A DNA stretch of 64,000 bases, from contig QPMI01000453.1 of assembly GCA_004431415.1 (NCBI GenBank), positions 558,001-622,000 on the forward strand, written 5' to 3'. The DNA is from Cyanophora paradoxa CCMP329. Lineage: Eukaryota; Plantae; Glaucophyta. A program made the translations under genes and the position numbers. The notes below the pieces were generated by a model that did no database searches, was not told where the DNA came from, and saw only the letters and a list, made by a program, of their open reading frames with translations. The first letter of the stretch is position 1. The number at the start of each line of letters is the position of its first letter. Shown here in pieces: positions 49,297-61,782 of the stretch.

Positions 49297-52252
49297 TCAG
49301 TCTGCAGCTGGCTCCGCGGGGCTGCCGGCGGGGATGCGGGCCGGGAACGCCAGCACGGTGCGGTAGCGGGCGCCCCGCTCCTCGAGCTTCTCCACCGCGC
49401 GCGCCGCCTGCCCGAACGGCAGGACCTCCACCTGTCCGATCCCGGATCAAATTCGGATCGAATTCGAATCCGCGGAGGACCAGCTAGTGCTAGTATACTC
49501 GCATGGGGCCTAGCCCCCCCCTAGTACTCGCCTGCAGCGAATTCAAACCCTATAGCAAGGCCTCGGATCCCGGATCAAATTTGAATCCGCGAACTGGAAA
49601 TTGAAGGAGAAACCCGCGCGCCTGGGGCCGGACGCCGTGCATGGCCGCGAAGCCCAGCATGTCGCGCATGGCAGCGGCGCGACAGCGAATTCAAACCCTA
49701 TATACAGCTAGGCCTCGGATATATATTGGTCCCAGATCAAATTTGGATCAAATTTAATTCGGATCGAATTCGAATCTAGTACGCGCCTGGGGCCGGACGC
49801 CGTGCATGGCGGCGAATTCCAGCATGTCGCGCATGGCCCGCCGCCCGCCGATGACCGAGCCGACCACGGAGCGCTGGCGCAGGCTCAAGTCCCCCAGCCC
49901 CACCTTCGAAATGATGAGTTTGTTTGAGCGTAAGCTTAATTATAAGCTTAATTCAATAGCGTTCGTTTTGAGCTTTAATTTAAGCTTGAGCTGAAGGACC
50001 TTGAGCTCGGATTCGAATTCAAATTAAAGGACCTTGAGCTCGGGCGCGGCGTTCCCGACGATGCAGAGCGTGCCGAAGGGCCGGAGGAGCCGCAGCAGGC
50101 CCGCCCAGTTGCCCTCCGCCGGCGTCGTGTCCAGCAGGAAATCGAAGGGCGCGGCCCCCCCGTACTGCTCGAGAATCAGTTGCCTTCAGATCGAATTACA
50201 CGATTAGAAGTACTAGTGATCGAGGGCCGGGTGGATTAGCTATAAATCGCCTGGAGTTATTCTAGCTTCTAAACTTCGAGCGGGAAATCGAAGGGGGCCG
50301 CCCCCCCGTCCTGCTCGAGAATAATCAGATCCTCGAGATCGAGCTCGGCCCGGCGGCGACGTCGACGCGCGCCCGGCGGCCTTCAGATTAAATAAGAAGA
50401 AGGTAGCTCGGGCGGGCGGGGCCCTTCTAGGACTCGAAGGCGGGCGGGGTCCTTAAGCTTCTATTAAAGGATACAGTAAAATGACTCGGGACTCGGGCGG
50501 GCGGGGTTGTTCTATATTAAAGAATATATACAGTGAAATGATCATGGGATTTAAGAGCCTAGGCCCCAGAAGGGGGCCTAGATCAAATCAGAGGAAGGAA
50601 GAGGGCGCGCCTGGGACTCGAGGCGGGCGGGGTCCTTCGGGTCGTAGACGCGGAAGTCGTGCGCCCCGAAGCTGCGCGCGGGCGCCGCTGTGAGCGGAGA
50701 AGTCTGCGGAGGGGAAGGCGGCTAGGTCTACATCTAGGTACCTAGAAAGTCTAGAAAATTTTAAATCAAAGGAAAACCTAAGTGAAGGGAATTTGGCATA
50801 GGGCGGCGGGGCGGGGCACCGGCGGGCGTCCTCGGCCTTCCGGTCGCTCGTGGAGAGCACCGTCACCTGCCCCGGCCCGCGGCGCGCGGTCAAGCTCACG
50901 CCAATCTTAAGGGGCCAGCGCGGGCCGCTACCGGAGATCTAGAACTAAAGACAAATCGGGGGGGGGGCGAGGGCGCGCCCTGCAGCCCATGGCGCGGGCG
51001 AACTGCACGGCGAGGTGGCCCAGTCCCCCCAGGCTCACGATCCCGACCTCCCCGCCCGCCCGCGCGTACCTGATCACGAGGACGAAGTTTTGAATTCGAA
51101 TTTGAGTTTGTGTAACGTTATAATTAACGGAGGGATGGATCGAATTCGGACCGCTGGAGGGGCTGGAACACGGTTACGCCCGCTGCGATCGCGAGCGAGC
51201 GCGTCAGAGGTGAGAAGGGGATAGAGGGGGGGGGACGAGGGGGGGAGGGGGGGGGAGGGCCGCGGGTACCGCAGAGGAGGGGGGCCGCCTCCTCGCTCTT
51301 CATGGAGGGGGGTATCTTGAACGCGAGGCGCGCGGGGGCGCGCAGGTGCGACTGGAAGCCGCCCAGGTTCCCCCCCGTGATGAGGCCGGCGGGTCCGCCC
51401 GGCTGCTCGCAGACTTGCTCCTGCGCGCTCGGACGGTGGGTGCTAGCGCCTCGGCCAAGAAACAAGGGGACTCGGAAGTTTAATTTAAGCCTATGAGCTT
51501 CGAATATTCATGATCACCTCGCCGGCGATGCAGGACTTGCAGGCGCCGCAGGAGTCGCGGAGCCAGCCGAAGCCCACGCGGTCGCCCACCTTGAGCCCCC
51601 TCGCCGCCTCCTCTCCGACCTGCGCCGGCGGCGTGGCTAACGTGGGATCGAATTCGAATTCAAATCGGGCGCGCCCGCGTGACGAGGCCGACGACTTCCT
51701 GCGCCGGCGCCGGCGCCGCGCGCGGGCGTCAACGTCAGATCTAGCCACGCGAGATTGAATCTCGCGCACGTGGCCGGGAATCAGCGGGTACTTCGTGTGT
51801 CCCCAGAAATTGTCGCGCATCCACAGGTCGCTGCGAAATAATTTTAGAGAATTTGGGGTCGAAGGTGCACGTGCATGCGCAAGCTTAAGCGCATGCGCGT
51901 CCGCGGCCGCTCGCCTGTGGCAGACGCCGCAGTGGGTGACTGCGCCAGAGGGAGTCAGCGAGAATCAACGCTCACGAGGCTTACAGCTAATCGGGCACCC
52001 TGGACTTCGATGTCGGAGATACCGAGCGGCGGCGGCGAGTACTCGTATGGGCTGCGCGCGTCAGTGAGCCGGCCGGCGCGCGTTTTAATCAGAGAGAACG
52101 CACGTCAATTTCCCGCCCTTCTCCAGGTATGCAAAGCCGGTGATCGTCGCGTCATTCTGCTGCGGAAGCGGCTCTTCCGAGGCCGCCGCTGCGCCCGCCT
52201 TGGATGCACTGCCGGGCCGCTCGGGGCGCAGCACGTTGATCAGCTTTTCCAT
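49297..52252 (-). CDS. Zn-dependent NADP alcohol dehydrogenase / aldehyde reductase (CAD/YahK/Ahr-like)
   Basis: VTHCGVCHSD, YPLIPGH, KVGDRVGFGW...SCGACKSC, EAAPLLC, GVTVF, SLGGLGHLAVQFARAMG, FDFLLDT, GSVIGG, ARYRTVL. Introns are swollen with duplications. Confidence 0.9.
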
Positions 52253-53200
52253 TTAATTGCCGCTTCGTCGAGTGTCGATGACCGGGGCCGGCAGCGCCGG
52301 GATCCGGAGAGCTAGAGGGTGGAGATAGAGGAGGCCGCGGCCGGCGCCGGATCCGGAGGGGAGGATCGAGTCCGATTTTAATTTCTGCCGCCGGCGCCTC
52401 GATCCTCTCCTCCCCCCCCCCACCCCCCACCCCCCCCACCCCCCTCCCCCCCTCGAGGCCGCGGCGGTCGGCGCCGGAGGGGATCGAGGATGTCAAGCGC
52501 ATCGGCCTGACGTCGACTCGCGATCGGTGATCATGATTTTATATAATTAATTTGATTTTTGCCTCTATCTCGAGCTCCTCGATCCGAGTCCGAGTCTTTA
52601 ATTCTGCAGCTGCAGCTTGCGGTTTGCTTCTCGCGCATGAATGCATGCCTCAGTGCATATGTATGCGCAGCTTGCGTCCGACGGTCTTCAAGGCTTGCAA
52701 TATAATTGCAAGTCAGATGGACTCGCGATCGAGCAAATTCATGATTTTGATCATGATCATCCGATCATCGGATCCATGGATCCGCATGCATGCACTGCGG
52801 CAGTACTAGTACTAGTTGTTCATGACTCGAGCAAATTCATGTGATCATCCATATGCATGGATACGCGCGGCATCACCTTCACCTTCCCCCCCCCCCCCCC
52901 CCCCCCCCCCCCTTCATTTTCCTTCCTCCCTCCTCCTCCCCGGGCCTCCCCTTCCTTCCCTCCGAGGCTCCCCCTCCCCCCGCGCCCCCCCCCCCCCCCC
53001 CCACCCCCCTCCCCCCCTCCCCTCCCCCCCCCCTCCCCGCCCCCCACCCCCCACCCCCGGCCCTCTTGCATTCCCGCGGGCCGGGGAGGCACTAGCCGCG
53101 GTCTGTCTCGACAGAAATAATTATATATATAAGCCGATCGCGATCCGGTTTTCGATTTCAAAAGCGTATACATAGTTATGATCGATGTCGACGTCATAAT

Positions 53201-53861
53201 CAAGCACAGGCGTCGACGCGAACGTCGGCGTTGAAGCCCTCGCCACCCTCGAGCATCTGCGATATATATAGAGCGCGCATGCGTAAGGAAGGTGCGCGCA
53301 TGTTAACGTTCAGAGCGATCGAGACTCTGAGAGACTTTGAGAGAGCGCGCGCACTGCAGCCTCGGCCTCCATCTCTGCCTCGATCTCTGCAAAGTCCATC
53401 TCCGCTTCGGCCTCCACGTCTTCGGCGGCCACACCCTGCGAGGCAATCGCCATAACTATAAGTTTTGATGATTATAGTTGCGAATTCAAATCCACTGGCC
53501 AGACTCGAGGTCTATGTCACAGTGTACTCATGATCATCGATATCACGGCCCGGCCGGGCGGTTAACGTTTCACCCACTGTGACCGCCCCGGCCCGCGCGC
53601 GCGCGCGTGCCTGCGTGGTAGTGTCGAGGAGCAGGTTCGTGCATGATTCACTCCCTAAGAACGTATGGAAGACGGACGCTCCCGAAGGAACTCCCGAGGA
53701 TTTGAGGCAGTTGGCTGCAGCCTCACTCTTGGAAGCGCCGGAAAGAGATCTGAGAACATCGCCCTTACAGTCCCGCGAGGCATAGCAGACGGAATCTGTT
53801 GCAAATGCGGACGAAATCACGCTCTCTAAGAAGCAGGACGACGACGACACGCACTGCCCAT
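53201..53861 (-). pseudogene. Small secreted Cys-motif protein with an acidic tail and a frameshifted signal peptide
   Basis: ATG(g) AVRVVVVLLL (+1) SVISSAFA-TDSVCYASRDCKG...C...C | GVAAEDVEAEAEMDFAEIEAEMEAEAA | MLEGGEGFNADVRVDACA*. Confidence 0.55.
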
Positions 53862-54261
53862 GATGTTGATCGATGCAACGACGTTGACGCGTACGGCTGA
53901 TATCGATATCTGAGGAAATGCACGCTGTTAACGTTGTTGATGATGCGCATACGCGCCTGACTTCATGATCGCCACACGTACGTACGAACCCGAAATTATA
54001 ATTAAAGCTTAGAGTATACGTATTGTGCTCGACACTGCTCGTTTCGATTCAAGTTTAAATTTCGATCAGGGTCCGCCGAAGGACTTAGCGGCGAGTCAGC
54101 GCTACGCCGCTACCTACCGGCAGCGCCGACTCCGCCGAGTCAGCGGCGACCGCGCCTGGCCATGTGGCCAGGCGCGCCAGCCTGCGCCAGGTCCTCCACT
54201 CGAGTCGATCGCTCCGGAGTCCGGACTACAACGAGTCTACAATGACTCTACATAACTGCAT

Positions 54262-54420
54262 TTGCCTCTTTCTCAGCCTTTTTTAATCATTGAACTTCCG
54301 AAAGTTCGGAATTTGCCTCTCAGCCTTTTTCTAAGTGCCTCTTTGGAGGCTCTTTCGCAGCCTTTTGATTTTTTTGCCTCTTTCTCAGCCTTTCAAGTTT
54401 TTTGCCTCCTGCAGAACTTC
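54262..54420 (+). repeat. Cluster of TGCCTCTTTCTCAGCCTTT-like repeats (possible TE subterminal remnant)
   Basis: Four to five degenerate units in an AT-rich island flanked by palindrome-rich decayed DNA. Confidence 0.5.
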
Positions 54421-56334
54421 GGGAAAACAGGAAGCCTACTAGGCGAGCCCGTGGAGGCTGTGGAGCTATAGGCTATAGCCCATAGCCTAGTAGGCTACTA
54501 TATACAGCTACTACTAGTACTAGTCTACTAGTAGAGTACTACTACTACCTAGCTACATGCATATGAGAGAAAGTCACTAGTACTGGGCCGGGCTCTAGAT
54601 CTCCGGGATCCATCTCCCCCGGCCGCCTCGCCGCGGCCCGGCCCCGGGCCGCCGGGCACCCGCGCGCTGCTCTAGATTTAGATCTTGTAATGTGGGCGGA
54701 GGCGGGGGATGAGGAGGCCTAGCTATATATATAGGGCGCCGATCGCGTCGGGTGCGGCGGCGCCGGGCCCGGGCCGCGCTGATCATATGCATGATCATGA
54801 TCATGAGGGCACGCGCGCCTGCTGCCTCTAGGCCTTAGCGGGGCGCCGTTCCCCATGGCCACGCCACCCCATGCACAAATGCTTTCTCGAATTCGAAGGT
54901 GCGGCCTGGCCGAGCCGCTGGGAACAGCGGCGCCGGCGCGCGGGGAGGGGGCCGGACCTATCCCGGGCCCCCCGGTCCAGCCCCCCTCCCCGCGGCCCCC
55001 CAGGGGGGAGAGAACCGTCAGGGGGGGAACGGGAGGAGGGTACAGGGCGCGTGCCTGGCCGACGGAGGCGAAGCGGTAGAGGTCCCGCGGGGGTCCGAGG
55101 CCCGCGGGTCCCACGTGAGGGGGGGGGAAGGGGTGGGTGTTAAGAGCCTCGGACATCTCTCGACTTGACACAGATGGACACCTCAGTTATATCTCTATAG
55201 CTAGCCATTCGTCTCGGTGTGTGCGAATTCAGTAAATTAAACTAGTTAAGAGCCTCGGAGGGGGCGGGGGAGGGGGGGGGGGAACGAGGCCTGGGGGGGG
55301 GGGGGGGGACGAGGCCTGAGGGCGAGAGTGTGCTTCTCCGTCAACCAGATACTGCACATGTCGCCGAGTCGTCGTCCGACGGTCCCCGCCCGTCTGCGAA
55401 GGCCCGGAGCTCGAGGCATTGCAGGGAGGAGAGGATGGGGCCGGGGGGTGGGGGGGTGGGGGGGGGTGGGGGGGGGGGGGGGGGGGGGGGGGTGGGGGGG
55501 GGTGGGGGGGGGGGGGGAGGGGGGGGGGGGGGGGGGGCAACAGGATGAACTCGGCGTCGTGGCTCCACGCGAATACCTCAAGCTCCGCATGCGCATGCGC
55601 AGCCAGTGGCGGGCTCTCGGTCGGCTGCTAGCTATATATATATAGCTATAGCGCTGCGAGAAGCGCCCGGCCGCCGGATCGGCTTCTCCAAAAGCATATC
55701 GCTGCCTCGCCGCATGTCGATGGCCGCCGGACTCAGGACCGGCCGCGGCGGGAGAGGGCCGAGAAGGGCAGCTCGAGGGAGCCTCGGATCGGAGCAGGGT
55801 CGAAGAAGGGTGGGGGCAGGGTCGAAGAGGGGATCCGGATCCGGATGCATAACGTTTCGGAGCAGGGATGGCCTATGGATCGAAAGCGGATCCAGAATGA
55901 GGGGGGAAAATCGAATTTAATGCATGAGCCGATCGGATTCGGACCGAGGATTGGATCGGGGGGCCAGCCTGCCACCGGCCCGCGCTAGCTGGCGTCCCAC
56001 AGCCCCAGTCCGACGGTCATCTACGAGGAAAGCCCGCGCAGGCGCGCCGCTCCCTTCGGAATACGGAAATTACTGACGATTATTACCTTACAGTACAGGT
56101 GAGAGAAGGCAAGGAAGGAGGCGAGGGGCCGAGGGGGCGAGGGGCGAGGGCGAGGCGAGGGAGGGCGAGGGGCCCTCACGGGGGGCGGGGCGGGGGTCGG
56201 GCGGGAGCAAAAGACGGAGGGAGGGAATCGAGAGCTGAAGGATGGATGGAGAGGGTGGAAGGATGGATGGAGGAGAGGGGGCTGGATGGGTGGGGCGAGG
56301 GCGGGCCCCGGGCGGCGGCGGCCAGCCGGCCGGC

Positions 56335-57030
56335 TCACAGGCCGATGGGCAGAACGCCGTCCTTAGTCTTGTGCACTTTAGAGTGGTACACGCCCGTCTT
56401 CAGCGATCCCTCCTTGTACATCCCCGAGTGGACGAATTGCTGCGGCGCGCCGTCGCGTTAGGACGGGCGGGGCAAGACGCAGGCGGCATGCACGGCAACG
56501 CACAGTGGTGAACTTTCCGTTCAGCCCCAGCCGGACCTGCACCTGTTCCTTGTCCGGCATCCTAGCGCCGTAGACCTGCGCGGGTGCGGCGTCAGCTTGC
56601 GGCGGGCACGGGTCGGGGCGCCGCGTGCGGCGGACCTGATTGGATGTTTTGTAGATGGGATGAGCGCCCTTGTTGATCACCGGTTGTTCTACAAGAACGG
56701 AGTGAACGACAGGCTATAGCTAAAGCTTTGGAGTCCCAACGCACCAGGCTGGATGCCTTGCGAGGCCGCATATGCCGCCTGCTCCTGCTGCTGTTGTAGG
56801 ACGTCCGGGATGATGTAATGCGGCACCCTAGGCAGCGCCGGATCAACGCCATATGTGCTGCGGTTCACAGACTGCTGCGGGGGCGTCGGAATCTGCGGTC
56901 GGCCAGTCAAGGGCCGCAGACAGCGCGGCGGGCGGTCGGCGGGCCAGGCGGCCACTATAGTCGAGCTACAGGCGAGTTTGTTGCGCGGAACCGCCGCAGG
57001 ACTCACGTTCTTGGCATACTTCGACTCCAT
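56335..57030 (-). CDS. PIERCE1/2-like (C9orf116 family) axonemal microtubule inner protein
   Basis: HPIYKTSNQ | VYGARMP...NGKFTT | QFVHSGMYKEGSLKT matches the family pattern YRTSNxxYG...KFS....GM(F/Y)....L. Confidence 0.75.
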
Positions 57031-57201
57031 GCCTGCACGCTTTGCGCTGTATCGCGGCTAGGTAGCTCTGACTAAACTCGCTATACCGCTCGGTCCGCTG
57101 GTGAGTGGGTGCGACGGCGGTGGAGGGGTGCGGCCTTGCTATTTTGCTTCCTTGCTGGGTACAGGGTGACGAGGTCTTGGGTACACACTGACCAACGAAA
57201 G

Positions 57202-58181
57202 ATGGCGCTCTTCGCTTCGACCGCCCTGCCCCTCACCGCCGCCTCGGCCGTCGTCGTGACCGGCACTGCCGCGACCTGCCCGGCTCGCCGCCCTCGTAGC
57301 ATCCGGGCGTCGTCTTTCGTGCCGTCCTTAGTCCCGGCATCGGCCTTCGCCGTGCGCGCCCAGCCTGCTCCGGTCTTCGAACTCGTCTGCAAGAAAGGCT
57401 TTGGGGAGGTGAAGCGTCCGGCGACGCCCTCGTCCAAGGTGCGCGCGCGACTTTGCACGTGCAGCGTGCTGCGGGCCACGCCGCGGCCCAGCGCCCCATT
57501 TAGCCTCTCGGCGATGCCAGAGCATCATTAGAGCTCAGCTGGAGCTTACCAGCGCCCGCTGCAGCCGGCCTCGCCGCTTTCGCTAACATCATTCGCCGCA
57601 GGAGGACCCCGAGTTCAAGAAGCAGGCGGAGACCTACGACGAGAAGCGGAAGGAGGGCTTCCCGGAGTTCAACGTGTACATCCGCCGCAAGGGCGACAAC
57701 CCGCCGAACTGGTGCGGTCTCCCCGACGTAGGCAACGCCGGGCCGCTGCCGCTGACGCGCAGGGCGCAGGTACCCGGTTGGCTCTATGTGCGTGCAGGAG
57801 GTGCTCGCGGCGAAGGCCGTCTACGAGAACGAGGAGGGCCTCGTCAAGTCGGCCGTCAAGATGTACCCGAAGTGAGCGGCGCCGTTTCCGCGGCCGGCCG
57901 GCGGCCCGGCGGCGGCGAGCTCACGCGCCCCGGGGTGCAGGTACAAGGACGTGCCGATGGAGGAGTTCGAGTACGGGTACCAGCTCAAGGGCAACAAGGA
58001 CTACCCGATCGACGTCGCCGAGAAGCCCGAGCCGAAGGCCCCGGGCGTCTTTGACGCGCTGAAGAGCACCCTCAGGTTCCTTCTTGCTTCGAATTCCCTG
58101 ACTTCTGCTCTTTCTTTCTGTTAATCTTCTCTTTTGCTTTCTTTTCGCAGCGGCATCTTTAAGAAGGACGAGTCTGCGTAG
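57202..58181 (+). CDS. Plastid-targeted HHL1-like protein (cyanobacterial type)
   Basis: Transit peptide MALFAST... (Ala/Ser/Thr-rich); KGFG, GFPEFNVYIR...NW | YPVGS, AVYENEE.L, FEYGYQLK. Confidence 0.8.
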
Positions 58182-58496
58182 AGTCCCATCCCAGCCCAGC
58201 TTAACGTTGGCCGGGACGGCCGCTTTCAAGCCTCGCTTTCTTCTTGTTCCCTTTCCTGCTATGCTGTTTTGATTCGAGTAGCTAGGAATGCAGAGGGTAG
58301 CGCGCTTATACTTGCAATTGAGTTTTGATCATGACTCCAATCCGCTCCCTGGGCCCGGGGTGGCCATGGGGGAGAGCGGCCGGGACTCGGGACTCGAGCG
58401 GGGCGGAGGAAGGGAGGGACGGAATTCGAAACAAGAGAGAGACAGCGCACTTTAAGCCGGCGCCGGCGCCGGCCGGACTCCGGGCCCCGGGAAGCT

Positions 58497-60125
58497 CTAG
58501 GAGAGGAAGAAGCGCGTGTTGGCGAAGTCCTCCAGGAGCGGGTTGTAGAAGGTGCGCGTCCGCGTCCGGCCGGGCTCCCCGTGGAGCCGCATGAACTCGG
58601 CCGTCTTGCCCACGCGCACCGCCTCGCGGGGCCGCCCCGTCACCTTCCGGTACACGTGCGCGAGCCGCGGGAAGTCAACCTTGCTCGCTCAGCGAGTCAG
58701 CGAAATGCATGCAGGCTTCGTGTGGAGGAAAGGGAGGGAGAGAGGCCGCACGGGGAAGAAGATGTCGGCTCGGCCCTTCTCCACGAGGTACGTCTCGTGG
58801 GCGATGCTGCGCGGATGGAGCCGAGCTCGAGTCAGTGAGCGAACGAAGTGGAAGGGGGGCGCGCGCGCGCGCGCGCCTGCGGCCTTCGCGGGTCTCCTGG
58901 ACGACCGGGGCGTTGCGGCCGCCCAGCTCGGGCGAGCGGAGCGCGTCCTCGAAGCCGCCGTCGAAGTCCGCGGCGATGAGGTGGTGGCCCGGGAGCTTCT
59001 CGGCGAGGACCTCGCACAGGAGCGTCGCGCCGGTCGCGAGCCACTCCCGCCGCGGCGGGAGCGGCTCCGGCCGCCTCACGGGCGGCATGACGGAGAGAAG
59101 CGCGGCCCGCACGCGCTCGCCGAGGGGCGGGGAGGGCGGCGTAGGGGGCGGCTGCCCCGGGTCGGGCAGCGGGGCGAGCGGGGCGTAGGGCGGCGGGGCG
59201 TCCGGTTCCAAGGGGAAGTCTGCGAGGTACCCCAGGTGCCGCTGCGGCCGAAAGCGCGAAGCTTAAACAGGCAGGGTACTGTGGCTTTCTAGTAAGCCTT
59301 CCTTAAAAGGGCGCACGAGGAGCAAGGGGTCGGCGGCGGGGCTCAGGACCTCCTTGAAGCAGCCCGGGGCCTCCTCGGCGACCCGGGCCTCGTTCAGCAC
59401 TACGCGGGGAGCTTGTCCGTCCCTCTTCACGACCGAGCGCACGACGACTGCGGCGGGGGAGGGTGAGCGAGCGAGGGGCTAGCCGGGCAGAGCCGGCGGG
59501 GCGGGGCGGGGCGCGCCGTCGTGGGGCAGGTTGTCGAGGAGCTCGTTGGCGATCACGGGCGGGGCGCGCCGTCGTGGGGCAGGTTGTCGAGGAGCACGTC
59601 CCGTTGCCGCCGCCCACCTCGTAGATCTCAAGCGGCCCGTCGTGGCCCTCCGCCGCCCGCCTCCGCACGATGTAGCGCCCGATCGCCCGCGACCACCACG
59701 GCTGCGGGGCCCCGCGGTTGCTGCCGGGGACGCGGGGGCGCGGGGCAGGGCGGGCGCGGACCTGGAAGAGCTCGACCGGCGTGTGCCAGCTCTTGCCCTC
59801 GCGCGCGTAGATCTCTGCCACGAGCCGCCGGTAGTCGCTCTCGCCGAACAGCTAGCAAGGACATAAGCACGCCACGAAGCAGCGGAGGCGGCGCTGGCGC
59901 TGCAGCTGGACAGCGGACCTTCGTGAACTCGATCGGCGTCGGCGAGGCTATACTCGCGTTCCGAACGAAGTAGCCATGGTCCGCGTGGTAGAGCGAGTCC
60001 GCGATGAACTCGCGCACCAACACGGGACGCCGCGCCGCGGTGGACGCGAGGCGCGCGATGATCCGCCGCCCGAGCGCCGCGCCCGCCGGGCAGCGCGGCG
60101 CGGCCGCCGCCGCGAGGCGAAGCAT
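58497..60125 (-). pseudogene. NDUFAF7/MidA-family mitochondrial arginine methyltransferase with a central deletion/duplication
   Basis: VREFIADSLY..HGYF, WHTPVELF, IYEVGGGNGT, ANELLDNLPHD, LIAADF, GRADIFFP. The segment between GNGT and VIANE is missing and is replaced by a 39-bp duplicate. Confidence 0.75.
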
Positions 60126-60220
60126 GAGCTCGCTCGAGGTGCTCGGACTCCGGCCCGGAAGAGCGCTGCTTCGCCGCAGCGGTTAGGGGGATACAGTCTC
60201 TTCACGAAGGTTCAGGAAGG

Positions 60221-61782
60221 ATGCGCGCCCTCGTCGCGGCTGCTGTCGCGCTGCTGGCCCTCGCGGCCGTGGCGTCTGCGTACGACACTCGCGGTGTCGT
60301 CTCGCTCGATCGCTACACATTCGACAAGTACGCGCTTTCCTCCATTCCTTCGATGTCACTCGTGCGAACGCGCCCCGACTTCTCAGGATTGTGGACGGAC
60401 ATCGCCCTGTGCTGGTGAGCGCGCGCGGCGCGGTTACTAGAAGCAGCGGGCTGCGGTTTGCATGCGGGTCTCGCGAATGTCGGCTGCGAGGCGCGGTATA
60501 GCGACGGGATTAATAGTCCCTTTGAGGTAGCGCGTTCCGAATTCGTCCGACGGGGCCCGTCCCGCGCGCGGCGGCGGTTAGCATCCGGCCAACATGCCTA
60601 CGTCAGCAACATCCGGCCGGGTCTCCTGGAGGCAGAACGGACCTCCTGCCGCTCCCGCGCGTTTGGTAGGGGTTTTTCGCTTGTTCTGATGCGGTTCGCG
60701 CGCAGGTGAAGTTCGACAAGAAGTGGAGCACGAACGAGGTCGGCGACACTCGCCCCCACGCGTACGCGACCGGGCGGCGCTGACGCCGCCGCACGCGCAG
60801 GCGTACAAGGACGTCGCTGGGAAGGTCGCGAACAGCACCGGCAGCACCATCCTCGTGGCGGAGGTGGATGTCTCCGAGTACGGCGAGAAGGAGGGCACCG
60901 AGCTCGCCGAGCGCTTCGGCGTCAAGAAGGAGGACTTCGTGCGCGCTCCGCCGCCGCCGCCGCACGCGCACGCGCACGCCCCGCACGCCGCTGACCGCCC
61001 GCGCCCGCGCCCGCCCCGCCCCGTCCCTCACAGCCTACCTACTTCCGTGCGCGGCGCCGCCCGCCCCCGCCCCCGCCCGCCCCGCCCCGCCCTGTCCCGC
61101 TGATCCGGCGCCGGGCCCGCGCAGTGTTCCTGAAGGCAGCGAACGAGGAGCCCGTCAAGTTTGCGGTGCGCGCGGGACGCGGCTGCCGCGGCTCAGAGTC
61201 CGGAGACTGACCTTCCCGCAGGGCGACAAGTCCAGCAGCGATGACATCCTGCGCTTCGTTCGCAAGCACGGCGTGTACGTCGGCCTCCCCGGCTGCTCCA
61301 AGGAGCTCGACGAGATCGCCGCCAAGTTCCTCGACGCCGACTCGGCCGCCCGGTCCGCGAACGAAGTCGAATCATGTACCCCCTACCCGCCCGACTCATC
61401 TGACTCGGGGGGTACAGGGATACGGTGCTCGCGGAGGCTCAGAAGCTGGTGGAGGCGGCGGGTGCCGACGCGGCGGACCCGAAGGAGGCGAAGAAGGCCA
61501 AGCAGTCCGCCGAGGTGCGCCTGGGCGGGGCGGCCGGGGCGGCCCGCTTCGAATTTGATCCGCGGAACTGATTTGATCCGCGCGCGGCCGCAGAACTACC
61601 TGAAGATCATGCAGAAGATCAAGGAGCAGGGGGAGGACTTCGTGACCAAGGAGGAGAAGCGGCTGGAGAAGCTGCTCGCCGACAAGAGCGTCGAGAAGGG
61701 CAAGAAGGAGAGCTTCCGCCGCAAGGCCAACGCCGTCTACTCCTTCCTGGAGGCCATCAAGCGCAAGGCCACCGGCAAGTAG
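60221..61782 (+). CDS. ERp29-like ER protein
   Basis: Signal peptide; GVVSLDRYTFDK | IV....VL | VKFD, ILVAEVDVSEYGEKE..ELAERFGVKKEDFP, VYVGLPGC, YLKIMQKIKEQGEDFVTKEEKRLEKLL. Confidence 0.9.

Noticed and set aside
52886-53060. Poly-Pro/poly-Gly ORFs (also 7520-7575 and 55441-55540)
   Set aside because: C/G homopolymer tracts of unreliable length; no coding evidence.
54700-55850. Possible decayed minus-strand gene (ELEVFAWSHDAEFILL, RDLYRFASVGQ fragments)
   Set aside because: No consistent spliced frame or recognisable family could be built.
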